Made by a program: the position numbers and the translations under genes. A DNA stretch of 37,317 nucleotides, taken from positions 1 through 37,317 of the forward strand of contig JAUVAX010000024.1 in the NCBI GenBank assembly GCA_030591685.1. The letters are read 5' to 3'. The notes under the pieces were generated by a model, which was not told where the DNA came from, did not search any database, and saw nothing but the letters and a program-made list of their open reading frames with translations. Below, one piece after another: positions 20,041-28,303 of the stretch. Origin of the DNA: Pseudobdellovibrionaceae bacterium (GTDB lineage Bacteria > Bdellovibrionota > Bdellovibrionia > Bdellovibrionales > UBA1609). Each line of letters starts with the position of its first letter. The stretch's first letter is position 1.

Positions 20041-21455
20041 TGGTATTGAGCTTAGCCCAGGTCGTCCAGGCCGTGGGAGGGGACATTGTATCTGAGTTCA
20101 TCAGTGAGTTTAAGGGACTTGCCACAGATACTCGTGAAAAAATGCCTTCAAAGCTTTTTATTGCTCTTAGGGGTGAAAATTTTGATGCCCATGAATTTTT
20201 AGAAAAAGCGGTAGCTCAGGGGGCTGTGGCTTTAATTATCGATAAAGAGCCCGACAATTTTTTAGAGTTAAAATCACAAGTCACAATAATAAAAGTTAAA
20301 GATACTTTAAGAGCGCTTCAAGACTTAGCCCTTTTTTGGAGAAGGCTTGCGGGCTTTAAGGTGGCCGCCATCACGGGTTCAAATGGTAAAACCACAACAA
20401 AACAATTTTGTGCAGATATTTTAAAAACTAAATTTAATATTTCATATAGTGAGGGGAGTTTTAATAATCATTGGGGGGTTCCCATCACGCTATTAAATGC
20501 TCCCAAGGATGCAGACCTTGTTATAGTTGAAATGGGCATGAATGCTAAAGGTGAAATTAAAAGATTGTGTGAAATTGCTGAGCCAAACATTGTTCTTGTA
20601 ACAACGGTAGGGTATTCACACGTAGGTGGATTGGGGTCTCTTGAGGACGTTAAAGAGGCCAAGGAAGAAATATATAAATACTCCCCCTGCTCTATTGCCA
20701 TATTCAACGTGAGTAACGAGCACACTATGGAGATGTACGAGTCGGCTCTTGCTAATAATCATTTTAAAAAGCGAATGACATTTTCAAATTTTTCAATTGA
20801 GGCTTGCGATGTCATTTTAAGGATGACCGCAATGGATCTCCACAGCTTATCTGTTACGGGTGAAATTGGAGGGGTTGAGGGTCAGTGCACAGTCCCTGTT
20901 TTTGGCCGGCAAAACATTAATAACCTTATGGCGGCAGCAAGCATAGCTTTTGCTGCGGGGATGAGGCCTGAGGATATTTGGCAAGCCCTGCCCCTGTGCA
21001 AGACCATTTGGGGGCGTAACCAACTGCTTAAATTAAAGTCAGGGGCCCTTGCTATTTTTGATGGCTATAATTCAAACATGGAAAGCGTGGATGCTTTAGT
21101 TAAAAACTTGTATGAAGTTGAAATTACTGGCAAAAAATTCATTGTTTTAGGTGAAATGTTTGAGTTAGGGTTTTATACACGGTCTTTTCACCATCAGCTG
21201 GGGCTTTTAGTGGGGCGGTCATTACTTGATTATGTGTGGTTTATGGGGCCTAGTTTTAAGGACTTTAAGCAGGGTCTTGAGTCCTCTGGGTTTTCAAAAA
21301 ACATTGAAATATCAGAAGGTTACAAAGAAACACTTGCTACTGACCTGCGTAATATGCTAAATGAAGGGGACATAGTTGCGATAAAAGGTTCTCGTGCCAT
21401 GAAGCTAGAGAGAGTGCTTCAGGTTTTAGAGCCCGTAGACTTTAACCCTAAATAG
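20037..21455 (+). CDS. murF: UDP-MurNAc-tripeptide:D-Ala-D-Ala ligase
   Basis: ITGSNGKTTTK, FNNHWGVP, EMGMN and KGSR; ATGA overlap with murE. Confidence 0.96.
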   Translation: MMVLSLAQVVQAVGGDIVSEFISEFKGLATDTREKMPSKLFIALRGENFDAHEFLEKAVAQGAVALIIDKEPDNFLELKSQVTIIKVKDTLRALQDLALFWRRLAGFKVAAITGSNGKTTTKQFCADILKTKFNISYSEGSFNNHWGVPITLLNAPKDADLVIVEMGMNAKGEIKRLCEIAEPNIVLVTTVGYSHVGGLGSLEDVKEAKEEIYKYSPCSIAIFNVSNEHTMEMYESALANNHFKKRMTFSNFSIEACDVILRMTAMDLHSLSVTGEIGGVEGQCTVPVFGRQNINNLMAAASIAFAAGMRPEDIWQALPLCKTIWGRNQLLKLKSGALAIFDGYNSNMESVDALVKNLYEVEITGKKFIVLGEMFELGFYTRSFHHQLGLLVGRSLLDYVWFMGPSFKDFKQGLESSGFSKNIEISEGYKETLATDLRNMLNEGDIVAIKGSRAMKLERVLQVLEPVDFNPK

Positions 21456-21477
21456 ATAAATTTGAGAGTTTTCATAA

Positions 21478-22554
21478 ATGTTGTACAAGTGGTTATATGA
21501 TTTATCCGACACTATTTCTGTCCTTAATATTTTTAGGTACATTACTGTTAGAACCTTTATCACTTTTTTTACATCCTTTATTGTTTGCTGGGCAATGGGT
21601 CCTCTTTTTATCCGTCGGTTAATAAAACGCCAAGTGAGTCAATCTATCCGCGACGACGGGCCGGAGTCCCACAAAAAAAAGGAAGGCACGCCAACTATGG
21701 GTGGTGGTCTTATTTTATTGGGGCTTATTGTTCCGGGCTTGTTATGGATAGACCTTACTAACCCCTTGGTGTGGGGAGCCCTAATTGTAACCCTTTGCTT
21801 TGGTGGCATTGGGTATTGGGATGATTCTTTAAAAATTAATAAAAAAAACACAAAGGGTCTGTCAGGCCGGCTTCGGTTAGTTTTTGAATTTTTGATCAGT
21901 GGTATCGTTGTGGGTTACTTAGTTCATTCAGGGCATATAACAACGACTTTACACATTCCTTTTTTTAAAAATGTTATTTTTAATTTAGGTTGGGCTTATG
22001 TGCCTTTTGCTATGTTTGTTGTTGTTGGCTGTGCGAATGCTGTTAACTTAACAGATGGCCTCGATGGTCTTGCCATTGTCCCGGTGATTGTGTGTGCCGG
22101 TACTTTTATGTTATTTGCCTATGTGGCCGGTCATATTGAGATTGCTGAGTATTTAAATATCCCCTATATTTCAGGCTCTGGTGAGTTAGCTCCTGTCTCA
22201 GCAGCAGTGATAGCTGCGGGGTTAGGGTTTTTATGGTTTAACTCTTATCCAGCACAGGTCTTTATGGGAGATGTAGGTAGTTTAGGTTTAGGTGGGTTTT
22301 TAGGGGTTATGGCTGTGTTGACTAAAAATGAACTTATACTATTGCTTCTTGGTGGCATATTTGTTGTCGAGGCGGTTTCTGTGATCACTCAAGTGGCCTC
22401 ATTTAAGCTCACGGGTAAACGCATTTTTAAGATGGCCCCGATACATCATCATTTTGAATTAAAGGGTATAGATGAAAATAAAATTATTGTGAGGTTTTGG
22501 ATTATATCAATTTTATTAGCCGTTTTAAGTTTAAGTACTTTAAAACTAAGGTAG
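21478..22554 (+). CDS. mraY: phospho-N-acetylmuramoyl-pentapeptide transferase
   Basis: [26 protein letters not shown] and APIHHHFE. Confidence 0.98.
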   Translation: MLYKWLYDLSDTISVLNIFRYITVRTFITFFTSFIVCWAMGPLFIRRLIKRQVSQSIRDDGPESHKKKEGTPTMGGGLILLGLIVPGLLWIDLTNPLVWGALIVTLCFGGIGYWDDSLKINKKNTKGLSGRLRLVFEFLISGIVVGYLVHSGHITTTLHIPFFKNVIFNLGWAYVPFAMFVVVGCANAVNLTDGLDGLAIVPVIVCAGTFMLFAYVAGHIEIAEYLNIPYISGSGELAPVSAAVIAAGLGFLWFNSYPAQVFMGDVGSLGLGGFLGVMAVLTKNELILLLLGGIFVVEAVSVITQVASFKLTGKRIFKMAPIHHHFELKGIDENKIIVRFWIISILLAVLSLSTLKLR

Positions 22555-22562
22555 GAGAAAAA

Positions 22563-23948
22563 ATGTTTAATTATCGGGACATAAAAGATAAAAAAGTAAT
22601 GGTCATAGGCCTCGGGCGTACGGGTGTAGCCGTATCACGTTTTTTAGTTTCTAAGGGCGCGAAGGTGACAATTAGTGATCACAAGTCAAAACCTGAGCTA
22701 ACTACTCAACTAGAGGACATTGAAGGTTTAGATGTTGAGTATGATCTTGGGGGACACACTCCTAAGTTATTTTCACAACAAGACTTAATTATTTTAAGCC
22801 CTGGTGTTTCTCCAGCATTAAAAATATTTGATTATGCAAGAAGCCGAGGTGTGACGGTCACTGGTGAATTTGAATTTGCGGCCGCCTGGTTAGATGTCCC
22901 CGTTGTTGCTATTACGGGTACAAACGGTAAATCTTCTGTGTGTCGTATTATAAAAAGTATTTTTGATGAGTCGGGTATCCCCTCATGGCTTGGGGGTAAT
23001 TATGGCTGTCCTTTGAGTGAGTACTTAATACAAGAAAAAAAGGCCGATATAATTATAGCGGAGGTTTCTAGTTTTCAGCTGGAGCTTTGCGAGCAGCTGA
23101 CGCCTAAAAACATTGTATTTACAAATTTGGCTGAAAACCATTTGGACCGTTATAAATCAATGGAAGATTATGTAAATGCAAAGAGAAAAATATTTTTAAA
23201 CACCAGCCAATCAACTACGAGCATGCTTAATGCCGATGACAATGCTGTTGTAGAGTTAGCCCGTGACCCGGCCGTACAAAAGGGGCGGATTTTTTACTTT
23301 TCAAGAAAGCCAGCATTAGAGCCACAAATTATGAATATTGGTGGTGCTATACTTGTTGATAATGAGCTTCGGATCCGAAGGGGCCCAGAGGTTGAGTATT
23401 TTGATGTTTCAAATGTTAAGGCAAGGGGGGCTCATCAGATTGAGAACATAATGGCCGCTGCTTTAGTGACGCTTGAAAATGGAGCTTCAAAGGAGGCTGT
23501 GCAAAAAGTGATTAATACATTCAGGGGCTTACCGCATCGCCTTGAGTATGTGAGAAGAGTTGGCGGGGTTGAGTTTTATAATGACTCAAAGGCGACGAAT
23601 GTGCACGCGGTGGCAAAGGCGCTGGATTGTTATGATGAGAATGTGATTTTAATTATGGGTGGTAAGGATACGAATTTAAACTACGAGCCGTTGAAGGATA
23701 GGGTTCGTAGAAAGGTGAAGACGCTGATCCTTGTGGGTGAGGCGAAGGAGCGTATAAATAGGGACATTGGGGACTTTTCGGAGACGTATCTTATTGGTAC
23801 GTTTGAGGAGGCGGTGTTGATTTCGTATCAGAAGTCGAGGATTGGGGATTGTGTGTTGTTGGCGCCTGGGGCGTCGAGTTTTGATATTTTTGATAGTTTT
23901 GAGGATCGTGGGAACTACTTTAAGGAGCTGGTGAATAAGTTCCAGTAA
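22563..23948 (+). CDS. murD: UDP-MurNAc-L-Ala:D-Glu ligase
   Basis: GLGRTG, SPGV, ITGTNGKS, EVSSFQL, NHLDRY and NDSKATN; start reassigned to ATG 22563 after AGGAG. Confidence 0.97.
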   Translation: MFNYRDIKDKKVMVIGLGRTGVAVSRFLVSKGAKVTISDHKSKPELTTQLEDIEGLDVEYDLGGHTPKLFSQQDLIILSPGVSPALKIFDYARSRGVTVTGEFEFAAAWLDVPVVAITGTNGKSSVCRIIKSIFDESGIPSWLGGNYGCPLSEYLIQEKKADIIIAEVSSFQLELCEQLTPKNIVFTNLAENHLDRYKSMEDYVNAKRKIFLNTSQSTTSMLNADDNAVVELARDPAVQKGRIFYFSRKPALEPQIMNIGGAILVDNELRIRRGPEVEYFDVSNVKARGAHQIENIMAAALVTLENGASKEAVQKVINTFRGLPHRLEYVRRVGGVEFYNDSKATNVHAVAKALDCYDENVILIMGGKDTNLNYEPLKDRVRRKVKTLILVGEAKERINRDIGDFSETYLIGTFEEAVLISYQKSRIGDCVLLAPGASSFDIFDSFEDRGNYFKELVNKFQ

Positions 23949-23959
23949 GACCCAAAGGG

Positions 23960-23981
23960 GCGGCATATATATGTATGCCGC
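23960..23981. repeat. REP-like hairpin
   Basis: GCGGCATA-TATATG-TATGCCGC, a perfect 8-bp stem with no U-tract; degenerate copy CGGCATAT-TTGCC at 24110-24122. Confidence 0.7.
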
Positions 23982-23990
23982 AACCAAAAG

Positions 23991-24008
23991 GGGACGGAGC
24001 TCTTTCCC
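23991..24008. repeat. degenerate palindrome, GGGACGGAG family (left copy)
   Basis: GGGACGGAGCTCTTTCCC differs by two bases from the perfect palindrome GGGACGGAGCTCCGTCCC. Confidence 0.5.
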
Positions 24009-24260
24009 AGCCATTTCAGCTCCTTACGCACACACACCACCCGCTAACCAAGAGATTTCCAAAAAATAACTTATCTATTTCCCAAAGCAGCAAAGCAGGG
24101 TTGACCGGCCGGCATATTTGCCACCATTAACCCTCATGAACCACTTTTTTAAGTTAAAACAAGCTAAACAGCCTAGATCTTATTTGTTTTGATTAAGCCT
24201 CTCCATTGAAGTTACATGAACCGCTTAATTATTTATTTGAATTATTTTGAATTTATTTTT

Positions 24261-25076
24261 TTAAGTTGTATTCAGCTCTGTAAGTTTAAACTGCGCTTGG
24301 TTTATTAGGCTATTAACTTTGCAAACCATCTGATCTTGCCATAGTGGGCTGCCTATGAACTTTTTATAGATCCATTGAGAGCCAAAAACCTCATTTGTTA
24401 AGTACGATAAAAAAAGCTTTCTGTATTTTGACCTTCTTATCGCCATCGTCTTGCCGAGCTCCATGTACCAATCAGGCAGTGTTATGAGCTTAGACCATTC
24501 ATCTTTTATGCCAAAGGCAAAGAATTTATAACTGGAGTACTTAAAGTATTTTAACTTCTCCAGTTTAACCATATTAGCTCTTACTGGATTTGCTTCAATA
24601 TAAAAGTGAACTCTCATTAAGTGATCTGAGTTTTCGATTAATGGGGTTTTAGGGCGTTCGTTTGCAACCTTTCCACTTCGTCTAAAAATTTTATTAAAAG
24701 TAGCTCCAAATTGAGCATGTGACACTCTCATAAAGCTTGAAAGATATGAGGAGCACTCATCATAACTCATCTGCATATGAACGTGATTATCCATTATACA
24801 ATAGGAGTATAAATGGACCTTTGAACTTACGCTTTTGTGGTTGAGTGCATACTTTGTGCACTTCATATAGAGATCCTTGGTCGGGGTGGAGTTGGTAGGT
24901 TCTTGAGATCCGCATGGGAAGATATGAGTGCAAGATTGAGGGAAGGTAGGGAAGGGTTTAAATGGGGTCTGAGGAGGGAGTTGGGCAGGGTGTGTCCGGC
25001 AGGCGGATTTGGCCCACGTATCTGTCCGGGGGGCGGACTCCGTCCCTGTGTGATATTTGGTATTAGTCGTTGGCAT
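24261..25076 (-). CDS. RAYT-like (IS200/Y1 superfamily) HUH transposase, N-terminus aberrant, possible pseudogene
   Basis: YSYCIMDNHVH (HUH), FN..FRRSG, catalytic-Tyr motif FYIEANPVRA and YSSY; recognisable only from about 24878 downward. Confidence 0.8.
   Translation of the reverse strand: MPTTNTKYHTGTESAPRTDTWAKSACRTHPAQLPPQTPFKPFPTFPQSCTHIFPCGSQEPTNSTPTKDLYMKCTKYALNHKSVSSKVHLYSYCIMDNHVHMQMSYDECSSYLSSFMRVSHAQFGATFNKIFRRSGKVANERPKTPLIENSDHLMRVHFYIEANPVRANMVKLEKLKYFKYSSYKFFAFGIKDEWSKLITLPDWYMELGKTMAIRRSKYRKLFLSYLTNEVFGSQWIYKKFIGSPLWQDQMVCKVNSLINQAQFKLTELNTT
24991..25050. repeat. degenerate 30-bp tandem repeat containing the right palindrome copy
   Basis: TGTCCGGCAGGCGGA (24993-25007) and TGTCCGGGGGGCGGA (25023-25037); the second unit forms GGGGCGG-ACT-CCGTCCC, and CTCCGTCCC (25038-25046) is the reverse complement of 23991-23999. 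Confidence 0.55.
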
Positions 25077-25088
25077 TGTTAATCATCA

Positions 25089-25097
25089 TGGTACAAT
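25089..25097 (+). promoter_or_regulatory. extended -10 promoter for ftsW (probably leaderless)
   Basis: TGgTACAAT 8 nt before ATG 25106; no SD. Confidence 0.5.
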
Positions 25098-25105
25098 CTT
25101 TCCAT

Positions 25106-26278
25106 ATGGCTAAAAGATCTAAAGAATTTCAACTTGGGTTTGATAAATCACTTTTGCTAATCACTATTTTTTTGATTGGCCTAGGGCTTGTGCAAGTTTT
25201 TAGCTCAAGTTTTATATTTGCAATTGAAAAGTATGACGATGGGTTTTTCTTTTTTAGAAAACAAGTGTTCTATGCTTTTTTATCAATTTTTGTTCTCATC
25301 GTGACGGCACTCTCCCCATGGAAATATATAAAAACAGCCGGCAAGACCCTATGGGTGTTTGCCTTTTTAGGAGTTTTTTTAACTTTATACTCTGGCCTAG
25401 GAGTTGAGTCCGGTGGTGCCAAAAGGTGGCTTTCGCTGCCCTTTGGGTTTAGAGTTGAGCCAGCTGAGGCTTTAAAAATTTGCTACCCCTTTTGGGTCGG
25501 ATTTTTTTTACACTGGTCCCCCAAATTAAAATCAAGCTTTAAGGTGGGAGCACAATTTTTAATGTTATCACTGCCCTTAGTTTTTTTACTACAACAACCT
25601 GACTTTGGTACTTTCGTTATTTGCATAGTTGTAATTATGAGTATGTACTTTGTTTTTGGCCTCTCGTTAAAGCACATATTTGTTGGGTCCATTGTTTCAA
25701 TATCAGGGTTCGCAGCACTAATTTTAACGTCTCCTTATAGGCTCTCTCGTGTGCAGGCCTTTTTAAACCCTTGGGCAGACCCCTCTAATAAAGGCTTTCA
25801 GGTGATTCAAAGCATGTTAAGTGTTCATGCGGGCGGATTATTTGGTAAAGGGCTTGGGCAAGGGCAGGCAAAATTATTTTTCTTACCAGAGGCGCACACA
25901 GATTTTATATTTGCCATTTTTGCCGAAGAATGGGGGTTTATTGGTGTCCTTGGAATCTTATTACTCTACGCATTTTTAATTTATAACGGACTTAAAATTA
26001 CAGCTCAATGTAAAGACTTGTATGCTAAATCTGTGAGCATAGGCATTACAATGGTCATTGCTTTAAACATATTTGTTAATATCGGTGTTGTATTTGGTTT
26101 GTTGCCGCCAAAAGGGTTAACTTTACCATTTATGAGCTATGGCGGTAGCTCGTTATTAACAATGAGTTTTGGCGTAGGAGTTTTACTGTGTATTAGCCGT
26201 CATATAAATACAGACCCTGGCTTTGGGCGACGTAAGCACTCAGGTCGATACTATAAAATTAATGGAGTCTTTTCTTGA
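25106..26278 (+). CDS. ftsW: SEDS peptidoglycan polymerase FtsW
   Basis: GAKRW, QPDFGT, GFQVIQS, LPEAHTDF, EEWG and GLTLPFMSYGGS; start reassigned to ATG 25106. Confidence 0.96.
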   Translation: MAKRSKEFQLGFDKSLLLITIFLIGLGLVQVFSSSFIFAIEKYDDGFFFFRKQVFYAFLSIFVLIVTALSPWKYIKTAGKTLWVFAFLGVFLTLYSGLGVESGGAKRWLSLPFGFRVEPAEALKICYPFWVGFFLHWSPKLKSSFKVGAQFLMLSLPLVFLLQQPDFGTFVICIVVIMSMYFVFGLSLKHIFVGSIVSISGFAALILTSPYRLSRVQAFLNPWADPSNKGFQVIQSMLSVHAGGLFGKGLGQGQAKLFFLPEAHTDFIFAIFAEEWGFIGVLGILLLYAFLIYNGLKITAQCKDLYAKSVSIGITMVIALNIFVNIGVVFGLLPPKGLTLPFMSYGGSSLLTMSFGVGVLLCISRHINTDPGFGRRKHSGRYYKINGVFS

Positions 26279-27345
26279 ACAAAGACATCATATTTATTGC
26301 CGGTGGGGGTACAGGTGGGCACGTATACCCAGCACTGGCTATTGCTGAGGCTCTAACGGCGATAAACCCTCAATGCGAAATTCATTTTTTTGGTACAAAA
26401 AGAGGGATTGAAAAATTAGTGATCCCAACAAAGGGTTACCCCCTACATCTTATCCCTATTGGTCGCTTTAATAATATTAGTAGTTTTGAAAAAATAAAAA
26501 CAATTGTTTTTTTACCCATTGCTTTTTTAAAGGCCTTTTTTTTACTTTTAAAGTATAAGCCAAAAGTAGTGCTTGGAGTGGGGGGCTATGCCTCACTACC
26601 CGTCGTATTAGTGGCGGCGTGGATGGGTAAAAAAACCTTTATTTGGGAGCCGAATGCGCATGCAGGGATGGCAAACCGGATTTTATCAAAATGGGTTGAT
26701 AGGGCTCTTGTGGTATTTGAGAACACCAAAAAGCATTTAAAAAGTAAAAACATACAGCTTGTGGGTCTGCCGGTAAGGGCAGAGATTGAAAGTGCCCCTG
26801 CCTCGCTCGATCATACAACATTTAATGTACTTGTTTTCGGAGGCAGCCAAGGGGCTCGTGGGATTAACAAAACCGTAAGTGACGCTATTGTACATGGTGG
26901 GTCATGGCTAGATAATGTAGAAATAGTTCATCAGGTTGGAAAGTACGATTTAGATGAAGTCCGCAAAAAGTATCAAGGCTTAAAAACAACGATTCAAGCA
27001 CATGAATATTTGCACGACATGGAAGCGCGCTATACGTGGGCTGATTTGGTGGTTTGTCGCTCAGGCGCCAGCACTGTGGCAGAGCTTGCGGCCTCCTCAA
27101 AGGCCGCCTTGCTTATCCCCTTTCCGGGGGCCGCTGACGAACACCAACAGAAAAATGCAGAGAATTTAGAAAGTAAGGGTGCGGCTGTTATGTGCTTGCA
27201 GTCAGACTTTAGTACAGACTATTTTATCGAACAAATAAGAGCCCTAAAATTAGATTTTTCAAAATTAAAATCTTTATCAAAAAATATAAAACAGTTTCAT
27301 CACCATCAGGCGGCAAAGCAAATAGCTGAAATAATTTTAAAATAA
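26275..27345 (+). CDS. murG: undecaprenyl-PP-MurNAc-pentapeptide GlcNAc transferase
   Basis: GGGTGGHVYP, GGYAS, GGSQGA, RSGASTVAE and HQQKNA; TTG start overlapping the ftsW stop. Confidence 0.96.
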   Translation: MNKDIIFIAGGGTGGHVYPALAIAEALTAINPQCEIHFFGTKRGIEKLVIPTKGYPLHLIPIGRFNNISSFEKIKTIVFLPIAFLKAFFLLLKYKPKVVLGVGGYASLPVVLVAAWMGKKTFIWEPNAHAGMANRILSKWVDRALVVFENTKKHLKSKNIQLVGLPVRAEIESAPASLDHTTFNVLVFGGSQGARGINKTVSDAIVHGGSWLDNVEIVHQVGKYDLDEVRKKYQGLKTTIQAHEYLHDMEARYTWADLVVCRSGASTVAELAASSKAALLIPFPGAADEHQQKNAENLESKGAAVMCLQSDFSTDYFIEQIRALKLDFSKLKSLSKNIKQFHHHQAAKQIAEIILK

Positions 27346-27485
27346 ATAAGAATACTCTATTAAAAATTGTAGTCGATAGGGTTTACTATAATAGTATCGG
27401 TGGTTTTTAACTCAAGACTCAAAAACTCTGATTATTAAGAGCGGGGCCCTATAAGCAAGTTCACTTTAACTTTATTTAGCGGGTA

Positions 27486-27938
27486 TCAGGTCTCTTGGGC
27501 GATGAGCTTATTAATGAGTATTTCATTTTCTGGGGACTTGTTGATAAATTTAAATCCTAAAATTTGCGTTTTAAGTTTTTCATCTTTTAGTGTCCGAACA
27601 AGTCGAGCCGCGAGGGAAAACTCAGGGGTAGTCTCTGAGGGGCTAATATTAATTTTATATATATTATCTAACTCAAAGACCCCCTCAAAGCTGTAAATAC
27701 AAACGCCATGAGTGTTTAAGTCAATGCAGTTTCCATCAAGTGCTAAGCCGGTAGAAGAGTCAACTACGTTCATTTTATGCATAAATACATAGCGCTCACT
27801 TGTTCTTTTATTGCGATCCTTTGGAGAGGGGAGGGCCCCCTCTAAATTGGTGATAACCTCTATGGCATCACTTTTTTGATGAATCTCATTGGCAATAAAT
27901 TTTTTTAATTCTTCGATCTCATTGATATTTGAGCCCAT
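27486..27938 (-). CDS. PilZ domain protein
   Basis: RTSER (RxxxR) followed by DLNTHG (variant of D/NxSxxG) and terminal LGFKF. Confidence 0.75.
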   Translation of the reverse strand: MGSNINEIEELKKFIANEIHQKSDAIEVITNLEGALPSPKDRNKRTSERYVFMHKMNVVDSSTGLALDGNCIDLNTHGVCIYSFEGVFELDNIYKINISPSETTPEFSLAARLVRTLKDEKLKTQILGFKFINKSPENEILINKLIAQET

Positions 27939-28303
27939 ATAACCTCTTTTAAAAAATCATATCAAATATGCTACGGCCGTCCAGGTAAAAATTAGTTTAT
28001 GGAACATAATAGTTAAAGGTAATTAAGTCTTCAAGGCTTGAGGGCAAATATAACTACTAAATGCAACGGCCTAAAAAATAGGCCTTTAAAATAAATGAAA
28101 GGCTCTGGATTAAAGTGGGAGGGGGGGGTAAGTTAAGGCTCCGTAAGTGAGTATAGGATTAAATAAGAGGGCTGAGCAGCAGCCTGAGATGCCAATAAAA
28201 GCTTATGAGCTGGACTTATTTAGTCATTTTATTTTGCAAAAAGCCCGCTAAAGGGATTAATGGTTAGATTGCAATATTTAAAAATTAGGATTATAAAGGT
28301 TCT

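Larger units (their letters stand above)
23949..25080 (-). mobile_element. RAYT/REP-like insert between murD and ftsW
   Basis: Interrupts normally adjacent murD-ftsW; contains an HUH/Y1 transposase-like ORF with short palindromes at both ends; boundaries approximate, no target duplication seen. Confidence 0.65.

Noticed and set aside
23960..23981. Hairpin as an intrinsic terminator or chromosomal replication terminus
   Set aside because: No U-tract follows on the + strand, no dif-like site is seen, and the skew reversal lasts only about 200 bp.
23676..24014. 112-aa ORF antisense to the murD tail
   Set aside because: By-product of the G/T skew, which removes stop codons from the opposite strand.
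24837..25082. 81-aa Gly/Arg-rich + strand ORF
   Set aside because: Translation of the G-rich skewed tract with no coding evidence.
23949..25105. CRISPR array, DGR or retron interpretation of the insert
   Set aside because: No regularly spaced repeats, reverse transcriptase, template/variable repeat pair or cas genes are present in the window.
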